Assembly (NCBI RefSeq): GCF_018350175.1
Contig: NC_058372.1
Location: forward strand, 29,326,001-29,390,000
DNA: 64,000 nt
From: Felis catus
Taxonomy: Eukaryota
Direction: 5' to 3'
The translations under genes were made by a program, and so were the position numbers. The notes below the pieces were generated by a model. That model saw nothing but the letters and a program-made list of their open reading frames with translations, was not told where the DNA came from and searched no databases. How positions within the stretch are numbered: position 1 is the first letter of the stretch; each line of letters begins with the position of its first letter. Of the stretch, positions 22,156 through 39,262 are shown piece by piece.

Positions 22156-23849
22156 GACCTGGGAAAGAAACACATTATCATCATCTCTATCACAACATTT
22201 AATTAAAAAATATTTGTGATGGTTAGTGAGTTGGAGCTCAACATTGGGCTCTATGCTGTCAGCACAAAGCCAGCTTTGAATCCTCTGTCCCCCTCTCTTT
22301 CTGCCCTTCCCCCACTTACACACATGCACATGCTCTCCCTCTCTCAAAACTAAATAAAAATTTGTGACTATGATAAAAAATAAATATTGGTGGGGGATAA
22401 ATATTACAAGGTCCCAAGTACACAAATACATACAAACACACGTGCTTACGTACAGAGACAAACATTTTCAGAAACAATGTTTGCCTTAGGATATACAATA
22501 TACCGATAGTTTTCATTCCCGTTCTCTATTTTTTAAATGCTGATTTGCAACACACAGTTTGAAAAAAAAAACATTTCAAAGGGAGCCAAATTATGCTAAG
22601 CATCAACTATGTGTTGGGCATTGTGGTATATGTCAGGCATAGCAGACATAGGAGGCATGCATTTAGGAAAGTAATGCTAAAAATATTAAATGAGTTGCTC
22701 AGAATAACATAGCAAGTAGGTGGAAAGGACAAGAATAAATATGCTTCTGGAGGCAAAGTCCATGGTTTTTACACTTTGCCAGAACATCTCAGTATGATCA
22801 AACTGCAAAGAATCCTAACAGCTGATATACATACATGCTTGCTATGTGTGAAGCACTGCTCTAGTTAGTTTATATCTACCTATCTCTATATATGTACATA
22901 TATACATATAAGTACATATATTAATATACACAGATTCAGTCCTCACAAGAATCTTGTAAACAACTATTACTATATTCTATTTCTCAGATTAGGAAACTGC
23001 AACGTACATGGGTTCAAGAACTTGCCCAAGATCACCAAGATACTGTCCATCCTGTTTAACATTTGGTGGCTTTTCATGCCCACAGAATAAAGTAAAATCT
23101 CAACTCCATAGCAAGACCTTCCATGATCTGAACCTCAGGTCCTACAATGTATGCTCCCCTCCCCCAAAGCCTATGGTTCAGCCATATGGACCTTCTCCCC
23201 AATTTCCCAACACAGTTCCTGTTGTCTCCCACACCTGCATGCTTTAGCCAGTACCTTGGCCCTTAACTCCTAGTTTTCTGATCCAACTCCTACCCATGAT
23301 TTATGATTCAGTTCAAATGTCACTTCCAACAAAGCCTTTCCTGGAGTCTTCCCTGCTTTCTGGCATTCTTTGTGTACCCACATGTTCCACAGTGGTCAGT
23401 AAACTTGTCTTTCCCCTAACCTTTCTCACTATATTGTAACCAGTACTTTCCATTTCTGCCTTCACACACCCTCTCGAGAACTGGACCAGCAGAACTGTGT
23501 CTTTTCCCCTAGGGCACATCATATTCGCTCGACAGTACCTATTGTGTACCTGGTACTGTTCAAACCAAACATAAAATTAACCCTGCCCTCCTGTTGAAAG
23601 GGGATGAAAACTCAAAACAGGATGGGTGGAACTCACTTAGAAGGATGCCATCCCAGAGGTTAATTGTTGACAGGGAAAGTAGGACGCGTCCATGGGGATA
23701 GTGCTAACTCCGTCCTTAAGACTGGAGGATTCGGAGGGAGCCCGGGACCCTTGGCTCCAATCCAGTGGACCACCATCTTTGATCCCTACCCCAGTGGGTT
23801 CCCTCCAGGCCCAATGTCTCATACCTAAACTCGGGGAGGGGCGTCAAGT

Positions 23850-24550
23850 AAGGATGAGTATTATAATCCGAGAAGCAAACTTCCAAGTATCCTCCGCCCA
23901 GTCGCACCCAAGGCACGCCCCTCCCGCCCTCCGGGAGAACCAAGATGGCACCCGAGGAGTCGTGGGCGAGGCCCCCAGAACTCACCTACTTTGAGTCCCC
24001 GCGCGCGCCACCAGTAACGGCCACGACCCAGTGGCGCTAGAGCTCGTGCCGGGAGGGAGCCGATTCGCTGATTGGCTCCTGCTGCTGTCTTTCACAGCCC
24101 TGCTGCGCGACGATTGACGAAGCTCCCAACGCCGACACAAAGCCCCGCCCCCACCCTTAACAGCTTCAAGGGGCTGCTTCTCCCGGGAACCCGAAATCGG
24201 TTGAGGGAGGCGGCAATCGGAGGTTGCTCTGTGCGCACAGAATCGCGCACCTCGATTGGACAGCTCCGAGGCACAACCCACCACCGCTTCACCACCCACC
24301 GCCCACTTCCCGCGTAGATTTCCAAACCGCAACCACAGAGTCTGGCTGCCGCTGGCGGATAGAGGGGCTTACCATAGTCGTTGCCGGATGCGTTTACTGC
24401 AACCAGAGAGCCTTTCCCCGGTCCTCCGAAACATGGAGTCCGCTGACTCATGAGAAATGAAAATGAGGTGTGGGTTGCAGTCGTGGCTGGAGGCTGCAGT
24501 TTGGAGAACGGCCCGTAGGCGTGGCGCTTGAGGACTCCCTCATGGAACTT
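23850..24550 (-). promoter_or_regulatory. MDC1 CpG-island promoter and non-coding exon 1 (donor after 23986)
   Basis: CpG-rich. AG|GTGAG donor at 23986/23985, CCAAT boxes (~24071, ~24256), GC box (~24143), AP-1 TGACTCA at 24444-24450. Confidence 0.75.
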
Positions 24551-26078
24551 CATTTCCTTCTGATTTGGCTTTTTTAGTAGAAGTCATGTCTGTTGCTCCC
24601 TGAGAATACATCCCTGATGGACATTTGGTCATTTTCCTAAGGATCCGTAGGCGAAGAGAGAGAACTGTTTTGTTAACTATCTTAAAGGTTGACCAAGGTC
24701 TTTCAAGAGGTGTAGAAAGGATGATAAAATCATCTATTTCATGATCTCATACTAAGAGGAGAAGAGAATAGTAACAATTCGATATGTGTATAATTTAGGA
24801 AGTCTTTCTGCGTTCTTTATCTCACTTTCTTCCGACCACAACAATCAAATAAGGAGAAGTAGATTTTACAGAAGGAATTGAAGGTCTGCGCGGACCTCCC
24901 GAGGTTCCTACAGCTAATGTAAGGTAGAGACAACTTGAAACAAGTCCTCTAATTCTAAATTCTGAGCCCTCCCCACTACCACAAAATAACTGCTTTCATG
25001 GTGATCATGCTCCAAAACATGAAATATTCTCTTTTTAGTGGGCAGAGGGGGTCTTATACAACTTGATGTTTATTTTTTTAGGTGAGGAGAAATGTGTTGA
25101 ATGGATTGTGAATGATGATCTTGTTGTCCCATATTGTTACAGTGCTTCCCACACTCCATTGTTTATACACTTCCCACCAAATTGCAAGATCCTGAAGACC
25201 CGGGAGCTAATTTTTACTCTTTTTGTATCCGTAGCTTCTGGTTTGTTGGACACCTAGTTTCTATCAAACGAATTAACCCCTAAGAAGAGGCATGGTACCC
25301 TGACTTGAGCCCATCCAATTTTCTCCCATCAGCTCCCCTCTTTTGTTTCAATCCTGAGGCTTTTGAAAGATTGCAATGACCAGCCACCTAGTCAGTGAAT
25401 TCAGCAAACTGAAAAACAGTTCCAGTGAAGTGTCTAGAGAGGCAGGCTGGAAGACACTAAAATTCTACCACGCACTTCATCTCAACAGTTCTGTGACAAA
25501 AAGCGTCTTTAGTGCTGCTCTAAGGCCCAGAACCCATTACACGTAGACAAAGACTTCTGGCTTCACAGATTCCAGATAGTTTCTCTAAACCATTCAACTT
25601 ATTCTTTGAACACACCCTCAGACAATTATATCTCTCTTCTAAAAAGCCCTTGCTGCAATTTGGTTTCTTTCTAAACATTATCATTAGAAAACTTACAAGG
25701 AAATAGAGAGGTAATACGCTCTATCTGGGGGAGCAGCGGCTCACTGTCGCTCATGCCTAGGGGATCAGCCGTTAGATAGCAGAGCAGGGTGCCGCATTTC
25801 TCCCGTTTTCGCTGAGCTAAGCGGCCCTCTCTTCCCAAGAGCTACGGCAGCAGGGAGCGTTCGGGGCGTGCCCACTCCTCCTTCCAACGCCTGGCACCCT
25901 AAGGTTCCCAATTAGTGTGTCCCCGAAAACTACTCCCTCTTAGTACAAAAACTCAGGCATGGGGGAAAGAAATCTTGCGCAAGATCACTTTTCATCAAAA
26001 CAAAAAACAAAACCCAAACCAAAAATCCAGTATCCACCCATCCCTCCCTCCCTTTTGCAGCGTGGACAACAATGGAGG

Positions 26079-26092
26079 ACTACAACTCCCAG
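26079..26092 (+). promoter_or_regulatory. ZNF143/THAP11-type motif ACTACAnnTCCCAG in the TUBB promoter
   Basis: Exact ACTACAACTCCCAG, with CCAAT at 26124-26128 and GC boxes downstream. Confidence 0.7.
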
Positions 26093-26447
26093 TGAGGCCT
26101 GCGTTCCTCCATCCAAGCAGAGACCAATGGACGTCTCATACGTGAGTGGCATCGACTAATCAGGGCCAGCCTAGATAAGGCTTTGTCTCGGGACCGCGGC
26201 GCGGGGCGCGTTCTCCCGCCTCCCAGCCTGGGCGCACGCGCGCCCCGCCCTGCCCGCCTTCCCTCCTTTGCCCTCCCCTCTTCTTTCTCCCTCTCAGAAC
26301 CTTCCTGCAGCTGCGTTCGGACCTCGCTGCTCTAGGCTCCGGGACACGTCCCATCCTTCCAGCCTGCGACTAGCAGTATAGAAAAAAAATTCCATATCAT
26401 TTTCTTGCCCCCTACACATCTTGAGGCGAGCAAAAAATTTAAAATAA

Positions 26448-29753
<3,306 letters not shown>

Positions 29754-30740
29754 GAGCATCATCACCGTAGCCTTCTCTGTTCCCTCAGCCTTCTTCCTCA
29801 ACTGCCCCTGTCCTCTCCCTCANNNNNNNNNNNNNNNNNNNNNNNNNNNNNNNNNNNNNNNNNNNNNNNNNNNNNNNNNNNNNNNNNNNNNNNNNNNNNN
29901 NNNNNNNNNNNNNNNNNNNNNNNNNNNNNNNNNNNNNNNNNNNNNNNNNNNNNNNNNNNNNNNNACCTAGATTTCTGCCATTCTGGGTAACCTGGTATTC
30001 CCGTTAGGTATACATTTCTCTCATCTGTCCAGTTGATATTTCCCTTTGTTTAAGAAGCTGGAATTCATTAGATCTCATTTAGAACCATATGCTGAAAACC
30101 CAGTAGATGGCCACTATCCTAAGCCCATGTGGTAGCCCAAGGGAAAGGAAACCAACCCACCTCATAACAGAGGTACCTATAAGGAAGGGTTAGGGTTTTC
30201 TATTCCAGAGCGGTTTTGGGGAAGGCTATTGAAGTCCTGATTTCCGGGAATTTCCCTGTTATTTCTCAGCTTTAGGGAAGGTGTTAACAGTATTATCTCC
30301 ATTTTTAGTCTCCTTCCAAGCTCTGTCCTGTTTCCTTTGTAGGGTTCTGCCCACTCTGTTGAGTGGGATCCTTCCCTCTTCTATGCACCCTCTTTCACAT
30401 GTTGGATTCCTTTTTCCATGGTTGGAGAAGGCCAAAAGGGGGAAGAGGGACTGACTTTGGTCCCTAAAGCCTCCAGAAAGGCCCTCCCATCCCCACTTTT
30501 TCTTACAAACCTAGCCCTGCCATGTATAAGGTGTGTATTGCCACCTAAATACTTGAGTCATTCCTCCAGAGAAGGGACAAGGAGAACCCTCCATCTTTTG
30601 GCAACATCTCATCTCTTCCTTTTGCTATTCCTTTTATCCACCTGCCCTTGGTTTTGTCCTGTCCTACACTTCAAATTTCTATTTTGTGTTGAACTTGCTT
30701 TTTTTCATATTGAAAAGATGACATTGCCCCAAGAGCCAAA

Positions 30741-30746
30741 AATAAA
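30741..30746 (+). terminator. TUBB polyadenylation signal
   Basis: AATAAA ~990 nt after the stop, followed by a GT-rich element (gttgtgaggtgtgtg). Confidence 0.8.
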
Positions 30747-31005
30747 TGAGAATTGAAAAGAAGTTGTGAGGTGTGTGCTCATTTAGGGAAAGCTTGCCAG
30801 TGGACACATGAAGCTCAAGTTCAGTTATACATATACTCTGCTTTCCATAAGCTGACGAGAATATCCTTATACTTAACTGACTTTCATTTCTTAGCCCTAG
30901 TACCCAAACCACCCCACCACCCTTACTACCAGTCTCAGTAACTGGGATAGGCATAGGCTCAGATGCAGGATCTATGGACAGAAATGGGAACTGAGATGAA
31001 TGTTA

Positions 31006-31180
31006 GTGTGTAACTGGTTCCCAGACCAGCAGGCATCAACATCCTCTTGGAACTTACAGAAATGCAGATCCTCAGGCCTACTGGGATGTACTAAACCAGA
31101 AACCAGTTGAGTACAGCAATCTGTTTTAACTGTAGTCTGGGAGAATCTCATGAATGAAGAGTTGGAAGCTACTACTGCAC
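31006..31180 (+). mobile_element. MER5A-like DNA transposon remnant
   Basis: ccagaccagcaggcatcaacatc...ggaactt...gaaatgcagat...ctgttttaac resembles MER5A. Confidence 0.6.
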
Positions 31181-31559
31181 CACTTCCAAAGTATAGCGCA
31201 TCCAGGGTTCATTTGGGTTATGGCTCTGTGTCCTGTTTTCTGTTACCCTTTGGCATTTTCTCAGTTAACACAAGGGAAAGATAACTAGTGAGGGATGCCA
31301 CATCATGGTCTAAAGTGACTTACACCTAAGACCTACCCCATGCTTCTAAGTACACAAAATAAGTCTCAAAGCTACCTTAGAAATTTAAGTTAACATAATT
31401 TTCCTTGGCCCTATTTTCAGTAATTCTGGGGACTAGTGCAGTTCTCTCCTCTCATTTCAGCATGCTTTTTGCCTGTAGCCAACTTTTGCAGGAAAAAAAA
31501 AGTTGTGCAACTTTAACAGTGTATAAGTAACTTCTCCCATTCTAAAAAGTACTTAAAAA

Positions 31560-32258
31560 TTTTTTTTTGTATCTTTTTTGTTTTTGAGAGACAGAGCACG
31601 AGTTGGGGAGGGGCAGAGAGAGAGATGGAGCCACAGAATCCAAAGCCAGCGCCAGGCTCTGAGCTGTCAGCATGTGGGGCTCAAAAGCAGGAACCGTGAG
31701 ATCATGACCTGAGCCAAAGTGAGTCACTTAACCGACCGAGCCACTCAGGCGCCCCTTAAAATTTTTAATGTTTATTTTTGAGAGAGAGAGCGCGCGCACG
31801 TGCGTGAGCATGAGTGGGGGAGGGGCAGAGAGAGAAGGAGACACAGAATCTGAAACAGGCTCCAGGCTCTGAGATACCAGCACTGAGCTCAATTCAGGGG
31901 TTGAACTCTGGAATGGCAAGATCATGACCTGAACTGAAGTTGGATGCTTAACTGACTGAGCCACCCAGGTGCCCCAAAAGTCTACTGAATGAAGGGAACA
32001 AGCTACATACTAGCATTCATTTTGAATGAATTCTGCTTTATTAATTGTTAATCAGTATTTGTAATTTGTAGTTTTTTTTTATTTTTGAGAGAGTGTGAGC
32101 AGGGGAGGGGCAGAGAGACAGGGAGACACAGAATCCACAGCAGGCTCCAGGCTCCAAGCTGTCAACACAGAACCCAATGCAGGGCTTGAATCCACAAACC
32201 GCAAGATCATGACCTGAGCTGAAGTCAAATGCTTAACTGACTGAGCCACCCAGACACT
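31560..32258 (-). mobile_element. Three CAN-SINEs (31560-31755, 31760-31975, 32072-32258)
   Basis: Reverse-complement SINE heads and tails. Confidence 0.88.
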
Positions 32259-32628
32259 CTAGTGTTAGTGCTTAACAGGAATTGATTTGACAAAGTTGCG
32301 AACCTCCAGGCCATCTCTCAAGTTTGGGTCAGGAAAATTCTAGACAATAGGCTCACACAGTGTAATTAGGAAGTTAAATAAGCTGGGTGAGTAGGATAAT
32401 CAGAAGACTGGCATGGGAACCCTGGGGGACCGATACTCTTGGCAGTGTAGGGTTGGCAAGGGGAGCAACCATTCCCCTTCAAGGCAAGGCACAGGCAATT
32501 TGGCAAGGAGATGAGGGGTGGGACCCCAATGTCAAAGGACATGCTCAGGGAAGCCAGTTGTACATGCAGTATGGGAACCATTCTGGCAACTTGAGCCATG
32601 AGGCTAGGCATCAGCGAAGGTTGACGGC

Positions 32629-32982
32629 TCAAGCTGTTCGCAAAGGCTTGTGGTTAACCTGGCAAAAAGACAATGGTGATGACACTTGGGAACCAGGTAC
32701 CCTATTCTCCCAGCTCCCCATTTGGATGAAGGCTGAAGGGAGGACATGCATTTCCAGGAGTCTTCTAAGAAGTTTTTTTCTGCCACCCTACCCTACCCTC
32801 TTGTCAAGTGGTCATTAGGACCCATGTACAGCAACATATCACTGAAGAGGAGTGGAGAGGGCCAGAGCCCTTTCACAGACCCTCCTCAGCTCCTAATCTC
32901 TCAGTGCTTTCAATGAAGGCCTCAAGAAGGCTCCAAGGAAACTAACTTGAAGGGCACTTCTATATATTTTTAATTTTTATTT

Positions 32983-33020
<38 letters not shown>

Positions 33021-33174
33021 CAGGGGAGGGCCAGAGAGAGAGGGAGAGAGAATCCCATGCAGGTTTTGCACTGTCAGCACAGAGCCTAATGCAGGGCTCG
33101 AACTCAAAACTGAGATCATGACCTGAGCTGAAATAAGAGTTAGACACTTAACCAACTGAACCACCCAGGCACCC

Positions 33175-33231
<57 letters not shown>

Positions 33232-36200
33232 TTTTAATGTTTATTCATTTTTGAGCAACAGAACAGGAATGGGGGAGGGGCAGAAGAGAGAGGGAGACAG
33301 AGGATCTGAAGCTGGCTCTGAGCTGACAGCAGCGAGCCTGATGTGGGGCTTGAACTTACAAATCGTGAGATCATGACCTGAGCTGAAGCTGGATGCTCAA
33401 TCGACTAGCCATCCAGGTACCCCATATTTTATATATGTATAAAATCCCCTCAGCAATTCAACATAGTAAATAGTATTATTAACATGATTTTAAGGTGAGG
33501 AAAGAGGTACAGGGAAGTAGAAAACTTGTCTAAGATCACAGCTAGCAGGCACTGAAGCCAGAATTCACACCAGAAAAGTCTGGTTCCAGGGCCTGCTTTA
33601 TGACCTCTACCATAATCTATAGGTGAATAAACAGACACCAAGAAAAGCAGTAATATGCCTTGGAATTAATTGTCAACAGGCTGCAACTAGTTTCTTGTGC
33701 TAGTGGGGCCACAAGGCTCTAGAGGATGGTCAGCCTGGGCTTGAAGCCTAGCTTCACCAGCTGTATGACAGGGGCTAAGTTCCTTAACATATTGGAAGTT
33801 GTTTCTTTACTTTGTAAAATACTACTTACCCAAAGGATACTTTGATTTTAAAAAACAAACCATATGTGTAGAAGCTTAGCAGTGTGTCTGGCACATAGAA
33901 AACAAAAATGTCAGTGGTCCCCAAGCCTCCTTAGTGCTGGTCCCACTACTAGGCCTGCTGCATCACATGCCCCAGGAACCCAGAAATTCTGTTCCACAGC
34001 TCCCACCCTACAGACCCTCACCTGGGAGATGCTGACGCCTGTGAGTCTTTCCACGCTCTCTGGCAAGCGGCTCAGTATGTCCAGCACTTCCCCCGTCACT
34101 TTGGCCGCCCCCATGGCCCCGCCTCCACTGGACACCAGTGTGATCTTTTTGGCAGAGGTCAAGGGACCACTGATCTCCTCTGCTACCTGGTAGGTGAGAG
34201 ATGCCCACTCAGCACCTGTGGTCTGACCACACTCCTTCCTAAAACGTCTTACCCTGGGCTTCAAGATCCTTGATCTGCTTCACTTTGTAAAGATCATCCT
34301 TCCTCACTTTGGTTGCTGGCCTATAATTCCCACCCCTAATTTATGGTCCCCTAGCCTGGTTCTCCCCAAGCTCTTGCCCCTCATTTCCGCCCACCCTACA
34401 TTCCCTGGTTCTGTTCTTCTCCTGGTGCCCACACAACCTCCAGACCTGGGGCAGCTTCTCCAGCAGCATGTCCAGCTGAGCAGCCTCCTGGTACAGCTGG
34501 AATGCTTCCGCTTTCTTGGCCATCTGCTCAGCCTCGGCCCGGGCTCGAGCCCCTATGGCAAAGGCCTCAGCCTCCCCACGCATCTGAGAAGGGTACAGGA
34601 AAGTTGTGGTACTGATGGCTGTAGTTAAGGATAAGGAACCCCAGCTGATACAGCAACCCCTACTCCCTCCACAAGCCAGCAAGAGCCCCCTCTTAACTCA
34701 CCCTCACAGATTCAGCTTCTGCCTCAGCCTGCATAATCAGTTGAGACCTGGGCACAGAAGGGGAGGGAGGGGCTGAGGAGGGGCAAAAGGCAGACCCCAT
34801 TGGAGAGACAGAGGCTCCTGTAACCCGAGTTCCATAGAACTCAGTTCTTCATCTGGGGGCACCCACATGGTAAAGGATCCAGGATGGGGCCTGGGAAGGG
34901 GCATTTACTTCTCTGCCTCAGCTAGGCGCTCCAGCTTGTAGCGCTCAGCCTCGGCTGGCTTCCGAACTCGGGCCTCCAGCTCCTTCTCTCGGCGGGCGAT
35001 CTCCTGTTCCTGCACTGCCACCTGCTGGGCCCGCTCCACCACCTGCACCTGTACCCGCTGCTCCTCGATCTGCTGCTTAGTCTTGGCCACCTGGGTAGGA
35101 GTGATGCTCAATATCAGGGCTGAAGGGCAAGTTCCCAGGAACCGCAGAGAGAAGCCAGAGCTCCAGAGAGAGATATAAACAGAGTAGGTACATGAAGTTA
35201 GTCCTTGGCGGGTTCAGCCAGCCCAGCAAAGTCCATTTCCCATATGGATCCCAGTCATAGCTTGGGGGATGGCCTGATCCTTCTCAGAGGCAATATCAAG
35301 GGTAGGGCATTTTCTAGGCAGCCTCAGCATCAAGAGATGCGTAGGGCTGGGATCCAGTCCCTGTTCTCCCTTGGCCATGCTAAGTTTCCCTCTGTTGAGC
35401 TCCCCTATTAGTCTATTTCTCCACAGTGTCCATTGCTAGAGTACGAGCACTGGAGGGCTCTGGTGCACAGTGGCCGTCTTCCACCATTAGGCTCACTCAA
35501 ACCCATGTACTCCTCTCCATCTGTACTCCTGTAAACTTCCTGCAAGTCACCCTCAATTCTAGCCTGACCTGCCAACAGCTGCCTACTGGCTTGGGGCGGG
35601 GGCGGGGGCAGGGGCGGGTGTATGTACGTATCTTTTTCACTTTTATTTTTTGCATATGGTACAAATTCAAAAGAAAAAAAAATGAATAATGATAAGCAAG
35701 GCTTCCATCCACTTATTTCCTCAAACCACCTTGTTCCTTTCCCCAGAAGCAACCATTGTGACCAGCTTCTTGTGTATTCTCCTCCCAGGGACATTCAAAG
35801 CATCTACAAGAATGTGTACATATAGAATTCCTCTTATTTAGGCATATTTCTTTTTCTAATTCCTTGTAGAGTACAGAGATCAGAAGGCTCTTGCCAAGAT
35901 TTTGGTGAGAGGTACCAGAGAAAAACATGTGTCTTTATTATCTCACTGCTCTGGCTCAGCCATGTACCAACATCCCTGTGGGTCTTATCAATACCAGAGA
36001 TGGTGCCCAGCCTCTAATGCAGCCATCTGTTCACTCGAGAACAGTGCTTCTGAGTATGGCACCCTCCAGTGTCTTTGACCCTAAAATTCCAAACAGGTTC
36101 CAAACTGGACTAGTTGCTCTCTACCCCAGAGTGCAGGATCTCTCTGTGTTGGAGTCCCTCCTGCCCGCTTTAAGCCCACCTTTTTTTTTTTTTTTTTAAA

Positions 36201-39200
36201 TGTTGTTTATTTTTGAGACAATTCGAGAAACAGAGTGAGAACAGGGGAGGGGCAGAGAGGGAGACACAGAATCTGAAGCAGGCTCCAGGCTCTGAGCTGT
36301 CAGCCCAGAGCCTAATGCAGGGCTTGAACCCACAAACCATGAGATCATGACCTGAGCAGAAGTTTGACGCTCAACCCACTGAGCCACTCAGGCACCCTTC
36401 CTGTTTAAGCCCACCTTTTGATGAAATAACCCCCAGCAGCTTCCTCAGAAAGAGTATGTGGACAATAAGTTTTTGAGATCTTGCTTTTCTGAGGCTTTTT
36501 CCCCTACCTTTCTATTTGAATGACAATTAGGTTGAGTACAAGTTACTATGTTAAAATTCATTTTCCCAAAATAAATAAATAAATAAAGTTTTAAAAAGGT
36601 TGGGGGGGGGGGGACACCTGGGTGGATCAGTCAGTTAAGCGTCCGACTTTTGATTTCAGCTCAGGTCGTGATCTCACAGTTCATGGGTTTGAGCGCCACA
36701 TTGTGTCAGCTNNNNNNNNNNNNNNNNNNNNNNNNNNNNNNNNNNNNNNNNNNNNNNNNNNNNNNNNNNNNNNNNNNNNNNNNNNNNNNNNNNNNNNNNN
36801 NNNNNNNNNNNNNNNNNNNNNNNNNNNNNNNNNNNNNNNNTTTCTCCATGGTCTTCTAGTTTCTTGAGAAATCTGAAGTCATTTTGATGCCTGACCCTTT
36901 GAGATCTGTTCTTTTTCTGTGGAAGCTTTTAGATCCTTTCTTTGTTCTCCATGTTCTGAAATTTCACAGTGTAGTTGTTTTTCATTCATTGTATTACATA
37001 CTTGGTAGAGGGTTTCAACCTAGAAAGTCATACCTTTCAGAATAACCATTTAAAAATGTTTTCCAGGGGCGCCTGGGTGGCTCAGTCGGTTAAGCAGCCG
37101 ACTTCGGCTCAGGTCGTGATCTCGCGGTCCGTGAGTTGGAGCCCCGCGTCGGGCTCTGTGCTGATGGCTCAGAGCCTGGAGCCTGTTTCCGATTCTGTGT
37201 CTCCCTCTCTCTGACCCTCCCCCGTTCATGCTCTGTCTCTCTGTGTCTCAAAAATAAATAAAGGTTAAAAAAAAAATTAAAAAATAAATAAATAAATAAA
37301 TGTTTTCCATTGGCAATTTTCCTCCCAGTTACTTTGTTCTGTTGATTTATTAGATTAATAAATCTACAGATTAGGATTAATGAATTTATTAAAATTAGAA
37401 TAATTTATTAGAATTAGGTTAATAAATCCCTTGATTAGAATTTCTTTCAATGTGATTTCCGCCCTCATTTCTGCCATCTTATTAATTTCTAGGAGCTCTT
37501 TTAATTATTTACTTATTTTTAATTATTATTATTATTTTTTATTTTTGAGAGAGTGAGAGAGAGCACACACGCACACACCAGTGGGGGAGGGGCAAAGAGA
37601 GAGGGAGACACAGAATCCGAAGCAGGGTCCAGGTTCGGAGCTGTCAGCACAGAGCCCAACACAGGGCTCAAACACACAAACCGTGAGATCTTGACCTGAA
37701 CTGAAGTCGGACATGCAACCAACTGAACTACCCAGGCACCCCTAGGAGCTCTTTTATTTATATGTTTATTTATATTATTTTTGAGAGAACATAAGTGGGG
37801 AAGGGGCAGAGAGAGGGGGAGACCGAGAATCCCCAGCAGGCTCCACATGTCAGTGCAGAGCCTGATGCGGCGCTCAATCTCAGGAACCGTGAGATCATGA
37901 CCTGATCAAGATCAGACGTTTAACTGACTGAGCCACCCAGGCACCCCTAAGAGCTCTTTTTTTTTGTTTTCTGTTCTATGTCCTGATTTTCTGGATGTGA
38001 ATTTTCCTCTTATCTCACTGGGGGTATTAAAATTTTTTTTTTAACTTTCTTCTCCCTGCATAGTATATATATCCTTCAAATCACTTTGCTGTTTGTAGTT
38101 TTGGTCTCAGTCTTCCATGTTGCAGTATTCCCTCATATATCAGGTAATTCTTGGCTGTCTGCTCACAGTAAAGGAGGTTTAAAACAGTGAAAGGAAACTG
38201 TGGGCATGTGGATAAAGCTTGTTGACTTTGAGCTTCACTCTAGGGTGATTGGGCAGGTCACCTGCTGAGGAACCTCTGATTCAGAATCTTTAAGCCTTTC
38301 CCTTTGGATTGGTCATGTTCCCCAGCATGGTCTTCTGATGTCTTCTTTGGAAGATGGAGGGTCTGGGGGGCAAATGGGGTAAGGGAGTTAGGGGAGGCTG
38401 TCAGCATTTAGTATTCAATGGTCAGTCACATCGTGCCTGTCATTGATAAAGTACCAGGCCCTCACCTGTTTCTAGCTGGCTCATATCATATCCTCTAGTT
38501 TTCTCTTGTCAGATAATAAACTTCCCAATGTCTACTAGGGCAGAGAAGGGCCTATGACCAAAGACATAGGGAGCCAGAGAGGAGCTGAGAAGTGACTTTT
38601 TATCACATTTACCTCATTTCTCCTCATTTCAACAGTCTCATCACAACTCCAGAGGCACCTGTTGCTGCTATCTCCTGAGCCTCAGCTGATTACATTGCTT
38701 CTCCCTGCAGCTCTGGCTCAACTGTCTCAGACTGGCTTAGTCAATTATGATGGCTTTCTGGCTTCCAAAATGATATTATGCTTTCTGTTCCTTCTGATTC
38801 TATTCTCTGCATCTGTTTTCGTCTTCCCTTTCTTTTCAAAAATCACTCTATGTGGCTTTAGTGAGGTTTTAGAGGGAGTGCAATTAACTATATTTATTCA
38901 ATCCATCATCTTTGAGAAAGCTTCCAACTTAAATTCCTGCTTCCTCTCTTGTCTTCTGACAATCAATTCTCCACATAGCAGCCAGACTGATCCTTGTGAA
39001 AATGTAAATAGACCGTGGCACCACGCTGCTTAGAGTTCTCCAATAGTATGGGACACCTAAGTGCCTCAGTCAGATGAGCGTCTGACTCTTGGTTTTGACG
39101 CAGGTCATGATCTCATGTTTCGTGGGGTCGAACCCTGCACTGGGCTCTGCACTGGTAGTGTGGAGCATTCTTGGGATTCTCTCTCCCCCTCTCTCTCATC

Positions 39201-39231
39201 TTCCCCTGCTCTTGTGTGTACACTCTTTCTC

Positions 39232-39262
<31 letters not shown>

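Noticed and set aside
22159-22461. In-frame extension upstream of the MDC1 ATG
   Set aside because: Intron 1 sequence including a SINE remnant. A canonical acceptor lies at 22159-22160.
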